Positions 36,813 to 47,574 of a DNA stretch of 64,000 nucleotides are shown here, piece after piece. The position numbers and the translations under genes are program-made. The stretch is from Gemmatimonadales bacterium (lineage in GTDB: Bacteria; Gemmatimonadota; Gemmatimonadetes; Gemmatimonadales; GWC2-71-9): assembly GCA_035604455.1 (NCBI GenBank), contig DATNIM010000135.1, positions 723 to 64,722 on the forward strand, written 5' to 3'. The notes beneath the pieces are model-generated. The model was not told the DNA's origin. It made no database searches and was given only the letters and a program-made list of their open reading frames with translations. Position 1 is the stretch's first letter. Every line of letters begins with the position of its first letter.

Positions 36813-37709
36813 TCAGCTCTCGGAGCGATCCTCCGCGGTATCCGAGGGCGCATCATGGAAATGCATGAAGCGGCGCATACGATCGTCCGACGACGGCACG
36901 TGCCACGTGACGGTCGTCCGGTGCTGCTTACGCATGAGCTCCAGCGTGACGTTCTCGCCCGGCTCGTAGGAGCTGAGGATCCGCATCGCGTGAGCGGAGG
37001 ACGTTGGTCGCCGTCCGCCGATCGTCAGGATGACGTCCCCGCTCTTCAACGGCAGACTGGAGTCTGCTGGCGCCTTGATCACAAGGATGCCGTCCTTCGT
37101 CCCGAAGTACTCGCCGAGGTCGGGATTGAGGTTTACCAGCTCCATGTCACACCAAGCGTCGCCAAAGCAGAACGAGATGTTGCCAGGTCCGAAGAAAGGC
37201 AGACCTCCCGGGACGGGCATGCCCCCCGGCGCCGGCGCGTCGGCCCGGGCCATCCCCTGGCCCCCGTCGGTCGGCGGTGCGCCGCCCCAAGCGGGCGGCT
37301 GCGTCACGAGCGTCGTCTTACGGAGCTCGGTGCCGCGCCAGTACTCGACCGGCACCGAATCGCCGGGATCAAGGGCGCGCGCGAGGTCAACGAGCCGCTG
37401 CCCGGGGCTAGCACCCCCGGCAACGCCTGCGCCACCCAGCGACACGCCGTTGAAGCGGGTGATGACATCGCCGGCCTTCAGTCCGGCGTCGCTGGCCGGC
37501 CCTCCAGGCGTCACCGCTTCGAGGCGCGCGCCCAGACTGTCGGTCGCCGGATCCGACTGGGTGTTCACAAGCACCCCGACGCGCGCCTTCTGTTCGCCGA
37601 ACGTGAACGACCACGCCCGCGGCAGCGGCTCCCCTTGGGCCGGTAGCCGCGTCGGCAGACCCACCGCCGCCACGCCCGCCGCCACTACCCACACTCGCCA
37701 AACCCTCAT
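36813..37709 (-). CDS. Secreted protein with two PDZ domains and no protease domain
   Basis: Signal MRVWRVWVVAAGVAAVGLPTRLPAQG. PDZ-like GGPASDAGLKAGDVITRFNG and LPLKSGDVILTIGG. Confidence 0.8.
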   Translation of the reverse strand: MRVWRVWVVAAGVAAVGLPTRLPAQGEPLPRAWSFTFGEQKARVGVLVNTQSDPATDSLGARLEAVTPGGPASDAGLKAGDVITRFNGVSLGGAGVAGGASPGQRLVDLARALDPGDSVPVEYWRGTELRKTTLVTQPPAWGGAPPTDGGQGMARADAPAPGGMPVPGGLPFFGPGNISFCFGDAWCDMELVNLNPDLGEYFGTKDGILVIKAPADSSLPLKSGDVILTIGGRRPTSSAHAMRILSSYEPGENVTLELMRKQHRTTVTWHVPSSDDRMRRFMHFHDAPSDTAEDRSES

Positions 37710-37716
37710 CGCACCC

Positions 37717-38292
37717 TCACAATCCCACGTAGGCCGCGCGCGTCACATGCACGTCAACGAGCTGCTGCATCAAGTCCACCCGATTGCGCCAGAGCTGCAC
37801 GAGCATGCGATCTGCCGAACCGCCGTTCACCTCTCCGAGCTCAGCATCGACCGCGGCGATCCGGTCCTCGAGCGCCGCCGCCAAGGCGGCCGCGCGTCCC
37901 GTCTCGACCCGCGAGCCGGGGTCATAGCGCTGCAACGCGGCTTCGAGCGACGCCGACTGTTGTTTCGCTTGGGCGAGCTGCGTCGCGTATCCCCGCTGGG
38001 TCCGGAAGGGCTGCACCACGAGCAGCCCGGCCACGACGGCCGCTGCCGCCAGACCGCTCGCCACCCACCGACGCCGCCGCGCCACCCGCGCTGCTGCGAC
38101 GCGGGCCCGGATCACCGGCCAGCGATCGCGCGCCGGCCTGAGCGACGGCAACGCCTTGAGCTGTGCCACGCGTTGATACACTGCTTCTAACTCGCCGCGA
38201 CACAGGGGACAGGCCTCGAGGTGTTGCCGCGCCCAGACCGACCCTTCGTTGGCGCGAAGCGCAAGCAAATCATCCATCGTGCAATGCATCAT
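37717..38292 (-). CDS. Anti-sigma factor (zf-HC2) with one TM
   Basis: HLEACPLCRGELEA (H-x3-C-x2-C) and TM VASGLAAAAVVAGLLVV. 4-nt overlap with the sigma gene. Confidence 0.8.
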   Translation of the reverse strand: MMHCTMDDLLALRANEGSVWARQHLEACPLCRGELEAVYQRVAQLKALPSLRPARDRWPVIRARVAAARVARRRRWVASGLAAAAVVAGLLVVQPFRTQRGYATQLAQAKQQSASLEAALQRYDPGSRVETGRAAALAAALEDRIAAVDAELGEVNGGSADRMLVQLWRNRVDLMQQLVDVHVTRAAYVGL

Positions 38293-38828
38293 CGAGTGGC
38301 TCCCTCCTCATCCAACATGCGCCGCAGGCGCACGTGCGCCCGAGCGAGCTGCGATTTGGAGAAGCTGACGGTTTTGCCGGTCATTTCCGCAATCTCTTCA
38401 TGAGTGTATCCCTCGACATCGTGCAGCCACACGACCGCGCGTGCCGTTTCGCTGAGTTGGTCGAACGCCCGTTCGAGGTCCACCTGAAGCGGAACCCCGG
38501 CCGGGGCGGTGCTGCCGGTGAGCGTCTCGTCGAAGTCCTCTTCCGCCCGGACACGCTCCCGGCGAATGCGCATCAGCGCCTTGGACGACGCAATCCGCCG
38601 CACCCACGCCCACAGCTGCCCGTCACCCCGATAGCTGCCGATGCTTCGGACGATCTCCAGAAACGTCTCCTGCACCACGTCCTCAGCTTCCTCGGGCCGG
38701 CGCAGAATGCGCCGCGCGAGGTTGTAGACCGGCGTCTCAAACGCGCGATACAACTGCTCCAAGGCTTCGATCTCACCAGCCTTGGCGCGCGCGATGAGGG
38801 TATCAGGGAACGCGATCGAGATAGCCAT
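38289..38828 (-). CDS. ECF-type RNA polymerase sigma factor
   Basis: Internal ATG at 38828 (MAISIAFPDTLIARAKAGE...). Region 2 EDVVQETFLEI and region 4 GYTHEEIAEMTGKTVSFSKSQLARAHVRL. Confidence 0.9.
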   Translation of the reverse strand: MAISIAFPDTLIARAKAGEIEALEQLYRAFETPVYNLARRILRRPEEAEDVVQETFLEIVRSIGSYRGDGQLWAWVRRIASSKALMRIRRERVRAEEDFDETLTGSTAPAGVPLQVDLERAFDQLSETARAVVWLHDVEGYTHEEIAEMTGKTVSFSKSQLARAHVRLRRMLDEEGATR

Positions 38829-38901
38829 CTCCTGCAAGCTATGATGCCGAATCCCTCTGGAGCGTTGCAGGCCAGGTCGCGCGGCGTAAGTGATTGGCGC
38901 C

Positions 38902-38930
38902 TTGGAAGTTGGCTGACGCCGGGGTATCTT
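38902..38930 (+). promoter_or_regulatory. Promoter-like TTGGAA-17-TATCTT, 7 nt upstream of the mbfA ATG
   Basis: Seen directly. There is no SD between the -10 box and the ATG. Confidence 0.45.
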
Positions 38931-38937
38931 TTCCGCT

Positions 38938-40065
38938 ATGCCCGCCCAGTCCCCCCCGGATCGCGCCACCCTGGACGCCTGGTTGCACCACTGGCAGGAC
39001 GAATCGGACGCCGCCTACCTGTACGACGTCCTCGCCACGAAGGAGCCCGACCGAGCAAAGCAGGACATCTACCAGCGCCTCGCCGCCGTGGAGCGCCGCC
39101 ACACGGACCTGTGGTCGAAGCTCCTCGGGGAGCACGGGCATACGGTCCCAGCCGTGCCGGTGCCGTCGGCGGGCGCACGGTTCATGGCGTGGCTCGGGCG
39201 GCGGTTTGGGCCCCGCTACTTGCTTCCGCTCTTGCTGCGCGAAGAAGGCCGCGAAGTCAAAGGATACATGGACCTGTACACGGAATCCCGGGGCGACGAT
39301 GCGCGGCAGGTGTCCCTCACCCTGGCGAAAGAGTCCGCCGAGCACGCCGAGACGCTCGGGCATCTGGCTGGGCGGAGTGCCGAGCCTTGGCACCACACCG
39401 GCTCGGGCGGCTTCGTGCGCAACGTCGTCTACGGATTCAACGACGGGTTGACGGCGAACCTCGGCCTGGTCGCGGGTGTGATCGGCGCCGCGGTGACCCC
39501 CCATGTCGTACTCGTGTCGGGACTCGCCGGGATGATCGCGGACGCCTTGTCCATGGGCGCCTCCGGGTACCTGGCGGCGAAGAGCGAACAGGAGGTCTAC
39601 GCCCACGAGATCGCCATGGAGCAGGAAGAGATCCGGTTGATGCCCGACGTCGAGCGCGAGGAGCTCGCGCTCCTCTATCGAGCCAAGGGCATCGATGCGG
39701 AACTCGCCCAACGCATGGCGGCCGATGTCATGCGGGACCCGGCCCGGGCATTGGACGAGCAGGTTCGCGAGGAATTGAAGATCGGCGAGGCCCACGCGAC
39801 GCCCTTCAGGGAAGGCTGGGTCACGGGCACCGCCACCGCCATCGGCGCCTTCATTCCCGTCGCGCCGTTCATGGTGCTCTCGGGTCCGGCCGCCGCGTGG
39901 ATCGCCTTTGTGATCGCGATGCTCTCGCACTTCCTCGTCGGCGCGGCCAGGAGCCTTTTCACCGGGCGCGGCACTCTCCGCAGCGGCAGCGACATGTTCC
40001 TGGTCGGCCTCGGCGTCGCGGCCGTGGGCTACGTGGTCGGAGGCCTCCTAGGACGAGTGTTGTAA
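38938..40065 (+). CDS. mbfA: Membrane-bound ferritin-like / VIT1 (CCC1) family iron transporter (MbfA-type)
   Basis: N-terminal erythrin-like ExxH motifs (AVERRH, ESAEHAE). C-terminal VIT1 motifs (NVVYGFNDGLTANLGLVAGV, five TM). Confidence 0.88.
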   Translation: MPAQSPPDRATLDAWLHHWQDESDAAYLYDVLATKEPDRAKQDIYQRLAAVERRHTDLWSKLLGEHGHTVPAVPVPSAGARFMAWLGRRFGPRYLLPLLLREEGREVKGYMDLYTESRGDDARQVSLTLAKESAEHAETLGHLAGRSAEPWHHTGSGGFVRNVVYGFNDGLTANLGLVAGVIGAAVTPHVVLVSGLAGMIADALSMGASGYLAAKSEQEVYAHEIAMEQEEIRLMPDVEREELALLYRAKGIDAELAQRMAADVMRDPARALDEQVREELKIGEAHATPFREGWVTGTATAIGAFIPVAPFMVLSGPAAAWIAFVIAMLSHFLVGAARSLFTGRGTLRSGSDMFLVGLGVAAVGYVVGGLLGRVL

Positions 40066-40111
40066 CGGGCGTTTGCGAGGGTGCCGCGCGGCCGGGCGCG
40101 GGCCCGGGACC

Positions 40112-42526
40112 CTACACAACGAGATTCAGCACCCGGTCGGGGACGTAGATCGTTTTTCGGATCGCGTGTCCGTCCACGAACTTCCGCACCGTGGGATCGG
40201 CGAGCGCGAGTTCGCGCACCTCCGCCTCGCCCAGGCCCCGGGGAATCGCGAGGCGGCCCCGCAAGCGGCCGTTCACCTGTACGGCGATCTCGACTTCGTC
40301 ACCCGCGGCGAGCCGTTCGTCGTGCACGGGCCAGCGTGCCGTGAAAATCGACGCGCCGTGACCGAGTCGCGTCCACAGCGCTTCGGCGAGGTGCGGCGCG
40401 TACGGAGCGAGCATGACGAGGAGCGGTTCCACCGCGGGCCGATTTCCTCGACTCTCCTCACGGACCAGGTTCACGTACTCCATCATCGCGGCGATCGCGG
40501 TGTTGTAGTCGAGCTGCTCGGTGTCCGCGGTGACCTTCCGGATCGTCTGGTGGAGCTTCCGTTCGATCGCCGCGGACAAGGGTTGGGCCGGGGCTCCCGC
40601 CGCTTCGTGCGCGAGCAGCCACACCTTCTCCAGAAACCGGCGGATTCCTGTGATCCCCTCGTCCCGAAAGTCACCGCCTTCCTGAAACGACCCGAGGAAC
40701 ATCAGGTACATCCGGAAGGTGTCTGCCCCCCACTTTTGGATGTAGGTGTCGGGGATCACGACGTTGCCGCGCGATTTGGACATCTTCGCCCCGTCCTTGA
40801 CGATCAGGCCATGGGCGCGGAGACGAGGAAACGGCTCCTCAAAATCCACGTGACCGAGCTCGCACAGCACCATCGTGATGAACCGCGCGTAAAGCAGATG
40901 GAGTACGGCGTGCTCGTTGCCGCCGATGTAGCTCGTGACGGGGAGCCAGCGCTTCGTGCGGGCGACATCCCACGCTCGATCGTCGGAGTCCGTGGAGGGA
41001 TAGCGCAAGAAGTACCAGGACGAGTCGAGGAAGGTGTCCGAGACGTCCGTTTCGCGCCGCCCCGGGGCGCCGCAGCGAGGACAGGGGACGAAATACCATT
41101 CCCGATGCCGCGCGAGCGGGCTCACTCCGGTGTCGTCGGGCCGGAAATCCTCGATCAGCGGCAACTCAACCGGCAGATCCTGCTCAGGCACGCCGACGGG
41201 TCCGCAGTCGGGACAATAGATGATGGGAATCGGCGGACCCCAGTAGCGCTGCCGCGAAATGCACCAGTCGTGGAGGCGATACTGCACTCGCGGCGTGGCG
41301 AGGCGCCGTTCGCCCAGCCATGCGACGATGCGGCGCCCCCCGTCGAGGCATGACAGACCGTCAAACGCACCGGAATTGACGAGCGTGCCGTCGACCGCCT
41401 CGAATGGCAGGGGCTCCTCGGCCCGCCCCACCACCCGCACGATCGGCAGCGCGAACTGCGTGGCGAAATCGAAGTCCCGGGCGTCGTGCGCCGGGACGCC
41501 CATGATAGCCCCGGTGCCGTACTCCATCAGCACGTAGTCGGCCGCCCAGATCGGAATCGCGGCACCCGTGGCGGGGTTGCGGGCGTACGTTCCGAGGAAG
41601 ACCCCGGATTTCCGCTTTTCGCTCGCCGCCACCTTTCGCGTCACGACGTCCTTCGCCGCCACCTCGCGCTGGTACGCCCGGATGGCGTCGAGACGGTCCG
41701 GAGTCGTGAGGGCGTCGACGAGCGGGTGCTCGGGGGCGAGCACGAGGTAGGTCGCGCCGAAGACGGTGTCGGGCCGAGTCGTGAACACGGTAATCGGGCG
41801 GCCGACTGGCGTCTCGAAGATCAGTTCCGCCCCCTCGCTTTTCCCGATCCAGTTGCGCTGCATCGCGACCGTGCTTGCCGACCAGTCGAGCCCCTCGAGG
41901 TTCGCGAGCAGGCGCTCGGCGTAGTGCGTGATGGAGAAGAACCATTGCTCGAGAAACCGCTGCTCGACTTTGACGTCGGGGTGGCGCTCGCAATAGCCGT
42001 CGATCACTTGCTCGTTAGCCAGCACCGTCTTGCACGCCGGACACCAGTTGACGGCCGCCTGCTTGCGGACCGCGCGCCCGGCCTTGAACAGCTGCAGAAA
42101 GATCCACTGGGTCCAGCGGTAGTAGCGCGGATCCGTGGTCGACAGCTCGTGGCGCCAGTCGAACATTCCGCCGAAGCGACGCAGCTGCCGGCGGAACGTG
42201 GCGATATTCCGCGGAATGAGACGCGCCGGATGCTCGCCGACGTTGAGCGCGTAGTTCTCCGAGTGTATGCCGAAGGCGTCGAAGCCGATCGGCTCGAAGA
42301 CGTCATAGCCCTGCAGCCGCTTGAAGCGGCCGAAGATGTCGGCGCCCGTGAACGCGAACATGTTCCCGACGTGCAGGCCCTCGGCCGACGGGTAGGGGAA
42401 CATCATGAGGTTGTAGAACGGTCGCGCCGCGCGGTCGAGGTCGGGCTCGTTCGTGCGCTCCCGCGCCCAGCGCTCCTGGGCCACTGCCTCGACCGTCGCG
42501 GGGTCGTACACGGGCGGGGTGGTCAT
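40112..42526 (-). CDS. leuS: Leucine--tRNA ligase
   Basis: 804 aa. HVGN (HIGH-like) near the N-terminus, KMSKS present, and a typical LeuS CP1 editing domain. Confidence 0.97.
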   Translation of the reverse strand: MTTPPVYDPATVEAVAQERWARERTNEPDLDRAARPFYNLMMFPYPSAEGLHVGNMFAFTGADIFGRFKRLQGYDVFEPIGFDAFGIHSENYALNVGEHPARLIPRNIATFRRQLRRFGGMFDWRHELSTTDPRYYRWTQWIFLQLFKAGRAVRKQAAVNWCPACKTVLANEQVIDGYCERHPDVKVEQRFLEQWFFSITHYAERLLANLEGLDWSASTVAMQRNWIGKSEGAELIFETPVGRPITVFTTRPDTVFGATYLVLAPEHPLVDALTTPDRLDAIRAYQREVAAKDVVTRKVAASEKRKSGVFLGTYARNPATGAAIPIWAADYVLMEYGTGAIMGVPAHDARDFDFATQFALPIVRVVGRAEEPLPFEAVDGTLVNSGAFDGLSCLDGGRRIVAWLGERRLATPRVQYRLHDWCISRQRYWGPPIPIIYCPDCGPVGVPEQDLPVELPLIEDFRPDDTGVSPLARHREWYFVPCPRCGAPGRRETDVSDTFLDSSWYFLRYPSTDSDDRAWDVARTKRWLPVTSYIGGNEHAVLHLLYARFITMVLCELGHVDFEEPFPRLRAHGLIVKDGAKMSKSRGNVVIPDTYIQKWGADTFRMYLMFLGSFQEGGDFRDEGITGIRRFLEKVWLLAHEAAGAPAQPLSAAIERKLHQTIRKVTADTEQLDYNTAIAAMMEYVNLVREESRGNRPAVEPLLVMLAPYAPHLAEALWTRLGHGASIFTARWPVHDERLAAGDEVEIAVQVNGRLRGRLAIPRGLGEAEVRELALADPTVRKFVDGHAIRKTIYVPDRVLNLVV

Positions 42527-42535
42527 GCGTGCTGG

Positions 42536-42563
42536 AAACTAAGCGGCCTTGCCCGCGTGTGAA
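42536..42563 (-). promoter_or_regulatory. Promoter-like TTCACA-16-TAGTTT, 9 nt upstream of the leuS ATG at 42526
   Basis: Minus-strand reading of the same spacer. It interdigitates with the plus-strand promoter. Confidence 0.4.
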
Positions 42564-42577
42564 ACGGGCCCTAAGCT
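42549..42577 (+). promoter_or_regulatory. Promoter-like TTGCCC-17-TAAGCT, 14 nt upstream of the MCP ATG at 42592
   Basis: Seen directly in the 65-bp leuS/MCP divergent spacer. Confidence 0.45.
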
Positions 42578-42591
42578 TAGCCACCCGCCCG

Positions 42592-44604
42592 ATGAGCACG
42601 CGTTTTCAGCAACAGCTACGTTCGAGCTTCCTATTCACGGGGGTCGCAGGGGCCGCCGCCCTGGCCGTCGCCGTCGCGCTGGCCGGCGGGCAAAACGCGC
42701 GCCAGACCCTCGAGCGCCTCGCCAACGAGCGCGACCGTGCCGTGGCGACGAACGTCGCCGCCCTCGTCACGAACTATTGGCGGGAACGGCGCCACGAGAC
42801 GGACGAGCTCGCGCGACGTCTGTCGACCCGCGCCGGGATCGTGCCCGACGCCGCGCTCGGCGCCTTCCTGCGCGACTACGTCCAGCACTCGGACCTCGCC
42901 GACTTGCTCGTGGTCGACGGTCGCGGCGACCCCGCCGCGGGATCGGCGCCGCTCGAGCGTCGAGCCTATCGGGCCGACGCCTGGTGGCAGGTGGTCTTGC
43001 GAGACGGAAGCGTCGAGGGAACGGGCGACTCGTCGAGCCGCGCGCTCTACTACGCCGTCGCGCTCCGCCAGCCGGGGCTGGCGCGACCCGTGGGGGTGTT
43101 GCGCGCCACCCTGCCCCTTTCCGCCTTGGTGCGACTGCTTGCGTCGTCGGCCGCTGACGATGCCGTGTATCTGTGCGTGATCGATCGCGCGGGACGGCTC
43201 CTCGCTACCCCTGATACCTCGGCGCTGCTCCACAGCATCCCCGACGCGGAGGCGATCCCCCGCGACACGAGGGCCGTCAACGTCCTCTGGCGCCGGGGCG
43301 GGGCTACGGAGCTCGTCGTGTCGGCGCCGGCTAACGAGGGGCGCTGGTGGGTGCTTTACCGCCAGCCAACCGCGCTTGCTTACGCCGCAGTACGAACGAC
43401 GCTGCGGACGATCGCCCTCGGTGCGATTGCCGTCCTCGTGCTCGTCCTCCTGCTCGTGTGGCGCCTCGCCGCCTGGCTCACCGACCGGGTGACCGAGCCG
43501 GTCCGCGCGGCCGGGGCGGTCGCGACCCGCATCGCGGGCGGGGATCTGTCCGCCACCGTGCTCGCGCAGGGGGCCGGCACAGGCGAGGTCGGAGAGCTTC
43601 TTTCTGCCGTCCATACGATGGTCGTGGCGCTGCGGCGGCTCGTCGGCGCGATCCGGAGCGCCGCCGACGAAGCAGCAGCCATGGCGGCGGAGATCTCAGC
43701 GTCGACCGAGCAGATGAGCGCCTCGACCGAGGAGATGTCGGCCACCTGCCAAGACCTGTCGCGCCGCGCGGCGGAGCAGGCGCAGCTCATTCGCGGCGCG
43801 GCCGGCGACACGACCAAGATTCTCGAGATCATCACGATCGTCGCCGCGGGGTCGGAGGATTCCGTCCGACGAAACGCGACCGTGGCTACGCTCGCCCGTC
43901 AGAACCGCGAGGTCCTCGATCAGAGCACGGCGCAGCTCGCCCACCTGGCCGAAGAGGTCGCCCGCGGGGCGGCCGAGGCGGACGCCCTCGCGGCGGCCTC
44001 GGCCGAGATCCAGAAATTCGTCACTCAGGCAAAGGCCGTGGCAACGCAGACCAACATGCTCGCCCTCAACGCGGCGATCGAGGCGGCGCGAGCCGGACCT
44101 CAGGGCCGCGGATTCGCCGTGGTCGCCGATGAAGTGCGCAAGCTCGCCGCGGTGGCCGCCGCGGCCGCGGGCGACACGGCAGAGATGGTGCGCACCGTGC
44201 TGACCCGAGTCCAGGCGACACGTGAACGGCTGCTTGCGCTGGCGAAGGTGGGGGCGGCCGCGCGCGAGGCCGCCCAGACGGCGGCCCAGGGGCTCGCCAC
44301 GGTGGCCACGGAGGCGGCGGCAAACGACGCCTGGAGTCGCGAGATCGCGGCGTCGACGGCCGAAGTCCGGTCGCTCGTAGACGAGATCACCGGCCGCCTT
44401 GGCAGCGTGGCACTTGGAACTGAAGGGCTGCTCGCGGCGGCCCAAGAGATCGCCGCCTCAAGCGAGGAGCAGAGCGCGTCGACTGAGGAAATCGCCGCGT
44501 CCGCAAACCAGCTGGCCGAAGCGGCGGACCGTCTGAGCGGTGCCGTCAAGTCCTTCCGGTTGCTCGGCGACGAGGCCGCGCCCGTCCAGACGGCTGCGGA
44601 CTAG
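42592..44604 (+). CDS. Methyl-accepting chemotaxis protein with periplasmic sensor domain and HAMP
   Basis: Internal ATG at 42592 ([30 protein letters not shown]). A second TM, then HAMP ([21 protein letters not shown]). Tip [34 protein letters not shown]. Confidence 0.88.
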   Translation: MSTRFQQQLRSSFLFTGVAGAAALAVAVALAGGQNARQTLERLANERDRAVATNVAALVTNYWRERRHETDELARRLSTRAGIVPDAALGAFLRDYVQHSDLADLLVVDGRGDPAAGSAPLERRAYRADAWWQVVLRDGSVEGTGDSSSRALYYAVALRQPGLARPVGVLRATLPLSALVRLLASSAADDAVYLCVIDRAGRLLATPDTSALLHSIPDAEAIPRDTRAVNVLWRRGGATELVVSAPANEGRWWVLYRQPTALAYAAVRTTLRTIALGAIAVLVLVLLLVWRLAAWLTDRVTEPVRAAGAVATRIAGGDLSATVLAQGAGTGEVGELLSAVHTMVVALRRLVGAIRSAADEAAAMAAEISASTEQMSASTEEMSATCQDLSRRAAEQAQLIRGAAGDTTKILEIITIVAAGSEDSVRRNATVATLARQNREVLDQSTAQLAHLAEEVARGAAEADALAAASAEIQKFVTQAKAVATQTNMLALNAAIEAARAGPQGRGFAVVADEVRKLAAVAAAAAGDTAEMVRTVLTRVQATRERLLALAKVGAAAREAAQTAAQGLATVATEAAANDAWSREIAASTAEVRSLVDEITGRLGSVALGTEGLLAAAQEIAASSEEQSASTEEIAASANQLAEAADRLSGAVKSFRLLGDEAAPVQTAAD

Positions 44605-46208
44605 GGTTCGGCGACTGGCCCGAGGTATGCGAGACGCACTCGCAGCACATCGGGGAGACGGGCGAGCGCGTCGAGGACAGCCTCGGGGAGTGGTTGATCC
44701 ACGGTGATGGCAGCCAGCGCGTCCTGGCCGGGCGCGGTGAGCCGCGCCTGGTGGTAGCTCCCAATGTTGATGCCGGCGCGCCCGAGCATGGTGCCGACGT
44801 TCCCGATCACGCCAGGCACGTCGCGGTTGCGAATCACAAGCATCCAACCTTCGGGCGCGACATCGATCCGGTAGTCTCCCACGCGTATGACGCGGCTCTG
44901 GGCGTCGCCCACGGGCGCCCCGGCGACGCGGACCGGTCCCTGGACCGTGTCGAGCGCCACGGTCACGGTGGTCTTGAACCCGGGTTCCGGCGCGGCGCTC
45001 CTGCGCGAGTGCCGGATCCCCCGCTCCTCCGCGAGCAGCAGCGCGTTCACCAACGTCACGGGCTCAACGCCCATGCCGGCCAAGAGTCCCTCGACTGCCG
45101 CCATCAACACGGGCCGCGGGGCCGCGTCGTCGCTGCCGCCATAGGCCACCTCGATCCCGGTCACCGGGCCCTCGGCGAGCGCGAGGGCAAGGCGGCCCAA
45201 GCGCCGTGCGAGCTCGAGAACTCCGGCGAGCCGCCGGAGCGCCTCGCCCGCGATTCCGGGCACGTTGAGCGCCCCCGAGAGATCCCCCTGTAGCAGCGCC
45301 TCCCGGACGGCGCTGCAGGTCTCCGTGCTCACCCGCTCCTGCGCCTCCGCCGTGGAGGCCGCGAGGTGCGGCGTGAGGATCACGCGCTCAAGCCGCCGCA
45401 GCGGCGAATCCGCGGCCAAGGGCTCGGTGGCGAACACGTCCAGCGCGGCCCCCGCGAGACGGCCGTTCTCGATCGCCGCCACGAGCGCCATTTCGTCAAC
45501 GAGCTCGCCCCGGGCGGTGTTGACGAGCACGGCGCCGGGTTTCATGACCTGAAGCCGGTCGCTGTTGATCAGGCGCTGCGTCTGGGGCGTCAGCGCGAGG
45601 TGCAGCGAGACCACGTCCGACGCCCGCAAGAGATCCTCCAACCCCACGACCTTCACGTGGAGCTCGGCAGCTCGCTCGGGCGCGAGATACGGATCGTGCG
45701 CCAGGACGACCATCCCGAATGCTCGGGCGAGTGAGGCCACGTATCCGCCGATGCGGCCGAGGCCCACGAGCCCCAGCGTCTTGCCGCGGAGTTCCGTGCC
45801 CTCGAACCGCTTGCGGTCCCATTCGCCGCGCCGCATCGCCTCCGCCGCCCACGGGACGCGCCGCGCCAGGGCGAGTAGCAGCGCGAGCGTGTGCTCGGCC
45901 GCGCTGATGGTGTTGGCGCCCGGCGCGTTGATGACCGCGATCCCCCGCCGCGTGGCCGCGGGCACGTCGATGTTGTCGACACCGACGCCGGCGCGCGCAA
46001 CGATCAAAAGGTGAGGCGCGTGGCTCAGCAACGCCGCGGTCACCCGGGTCTCGCTCCGGACGATGAGCGCGTGCGCGTCCGCGAGCGCGCGCTCGAGTTC
46101 CGCGACGGGCCGGCCGGCGAGCAGCACAACTTCGATCTCGGGTGCCTCCCGCAGGCGCTCAAGACCAGCGTCGGCGACGCGATCGGCGACCACCACCCGA
46201 AAGCTCAC
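44601..46208 (-). CDS. serA: D-3-phosphoglycerate dehydrogenase (long form with ASB/ACT domains)
   Basis: GTG start overlapping the upstream stop (GTGA). GLGRIG NAD motif, and a C-terminal ACT-like [19 protein letters not shown]. Confidence 0.93.
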   Translation of the reverse strand: MSFRVVVADRVADAGLERLREAPEIEVVLLAGRPVAELERALADAHALIVRSETRVTAALLSHAPHLLIVARAGVGVDNIDVPAATRRGIAVINAPGANTISAAEHTLALLLALARRVPWAAEAMRRGEWDRKRFEGTELRGKTLGLVGLGRIGGYVASLARAFGMVVLAHDPYLAPERAAELHVKVVGLEDLLRASDVVSLHLALTPQTQRLINSDRLQVMKPGAVLVNTARGELVDEMALVAAIENGRLAGAALDVFATEPLAADSPLRRLERVILTPHLAASTAEAQERVSTETCSAVREALLQGDLSGALNVPGIAGEALRRLAGVLELARRLGRLALALAEGPVTGIEVAYGGSDDAAPRPVLMAAVEGLLAGMGVEPVTLVNALLLAEERGIRHSRRSAAPEPGFKTTVTVALDTVQGPVRVAGAPVGDAQSRVIRVGDYRIDVAPEGWMLVIRNRDVPGVIGNVGTMLGRAGINIGSYHQARLTAPGQDALAAITVDQPLPEAVLDALARLPDVLRVRLAYLGPVAEP

Positions 46209-47290
46209 GCGAGCGCTCGCTCGAGAAGCGCCAGCAATTCATCGAGCGCCTGCACGCTGTGGTCGCCCATGTGGCCGATGCGGATGGTCGAATCCTTGAG
46301 CGCCCCGTATCCCGACCCGATCGTCCACCCGTCCCGCTTGAGCGCACCGACGAGGTCCGGGGCGACCTTGCCCTCTGGGACCTTGAGACAGGACACCGTC
46401 CAGCTGCGCCGCCCTTCCGGCGGGAGATAGGAGACGCCGTGTGCGGCGCTCCACTCCTCTACCCGGCGGCGCATCGCGTCGTGGCGTTTCCACCGCGCCT
46501 CAATGCCGCCCTCCCGCTCGATGCGCGCCAGCTGGACCTCAAGGGCGTAGAAGAGAGAAATCGCGGGCGTATTGGTCGGCTGGAACTTGCGTGTGGCCTC
46601 CTCGAAGGCCACGAGGTCGAAGTATTGACCGCGGGCGGGCAGCGTGCGAGCGCGTTCCCGCATGCGGTCGGAGGCCACGCCGAGCGCCAACCCCGGGGGG
46701 AGCGCGAGCGCCTTCTGCGAGCCCGTGAACGTGAAATCGAGGCCCCAACGATCCGGCTCGACCGGGGAACCGGCGAGCGAGGTGACGGCATCAACGAGGA
46801 GCAACACGTCGTCGAACTCGTGCACAACCGCGGCCAGGGCGGCCACGTCTTGCAGCACGCCCGTCGACGTTTCGGAGTGGACCACCGTAACAGCGTCGAC
46901 GGGCGTGCGGTGGAGCGCGTCGCGGAGCATGTCGGGCTCGACCGCTTGCCCAAGGGGCACGTCGAGGCGGATGCCCTCCTTGCCACAGGCGCCCACCAGT
47001 TTCGCGAATCGGTCGCTGAACGAGCCGTTGACGAGCGAGAGGGCGCGCCGACGCACGCCGTTGCGCACGGCGAGTTCCATGAACCCCGTGGCGGACGCGG
47101 TGCCCACGAGGACCGGATGCGCGGAGCGGAACACGCGCCCGAGCGGGGCGGCGAGGCTTGCGAGGAGCCGCTCCATCGTTGCCGACCGGTGGCCGATCAT
47201 CGGCCGCTGCATCGCCGCCAGGACGTCCGGATGGACGTCGGTCGGTCCCGGGAGGAAGAACCGACCGAAGGCTGGGATGGGTGAGGTCAC
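46205..47290 (-). CDS. Class V aminotransferase (serine-pyruvate / phosphoserine aminotransferase type)
   Basis: FLPGPTDVHPDVLAAM..., SQKALALPPGL (PLP Lys). Coupled to serA, so it probably supplies SerC function. Confidence 0.88.
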   Translation of the reverse strand: MTSPIPAFGRFFLPGPTDVHPDVLAAMQRPMIGHRSATMERLLASLAAPLGRVFRSAHPVLVGTASATGFMELAVRNGVRRRALSLVNGSFSDRFAKLVGACGKEGIRLDVPLGQAVEPDMLRDALHRTPVDAVTVVHSETSTGVLQDVAALAAVVHEFDDVLLLVDAVTSLAGSPVEPDRWGLDFTFTGSQKALALPPGLALGVASDRMRERARTLPARGQYFDLVAFEEATRKFQPTNTPAISLFYALEVQLARIEREGGIEARWKRHDAMRRRVEEWSAAHGVSYLPPEGRRSWTVSCLKVPEGKVAPDLVGALKRDGWTIGSGYGALKDSTIRIGHMGDHSVQALDELLALLERALA

Positions 47291-47574
47291 GGCACCACGT
47301 CGACGGGTTTCACCCCATCGGTCACCACAGACAGAGGGATCTCCGGCCGTGGGGCGAGCAGACCGGGGACGGCCGCCTTGTTACACACATCGAGGGCAAC
47401 GCAGTACAGGGTGATCTCCACTGGGTTCAGGATGTCGAGGACCTGAGGACCGTTGTCGTTCGAAAAGACGTCGAAGCGATGCTTGTGCAGGAGAATATCG
47501 CCTCCATGTAGCCGCAGCGGGGCGGCGGCGGGCGCGGAGCAGAAAATCTCAACGGCGGCCCAGAGCCGTGTCAA
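47287..47574 (-). CDS. Hypothetical small protein (~95 aa), start uncertain
   Basis: The TGA stop overlaps the GTG start of the aminotransferase (GTGA), which suggests translational coupling. The only near-canonical in-frame start after the GNAT stop is a TTG at 47574. The sequence ...LRLHGGDILLHKHRFDVFSNDNGPQVLDILNPVEITLYCVALDVC... matches no family I know. Confidence 0.35.
   Translation of the reverse strand: MTRLWAAVEIFCSAPAAAPLRLHGGDILLHKHRFDVFSNDNGPQVLDILNPVEITLYCVALDVCNKAAVPGLLAPRPEIPLSVVTDGVKPVDVVP

Noticed and set aside
38163-40148. A 661-aa plus-strand ORF spanning the sigma/anti-sigma genes and mbfA.
   Set aside because: Its composition is extremely Arg/Pro/Gly-rich. It overlaps three well-supported genes in other frames or strands.
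40073-42562. Plus-strand ORFs 40073-41353 and 41486-42562 opposite leuS.
   Set aside because: They are antisense to an unmistakable 804-aa LeuS and have no motifs.
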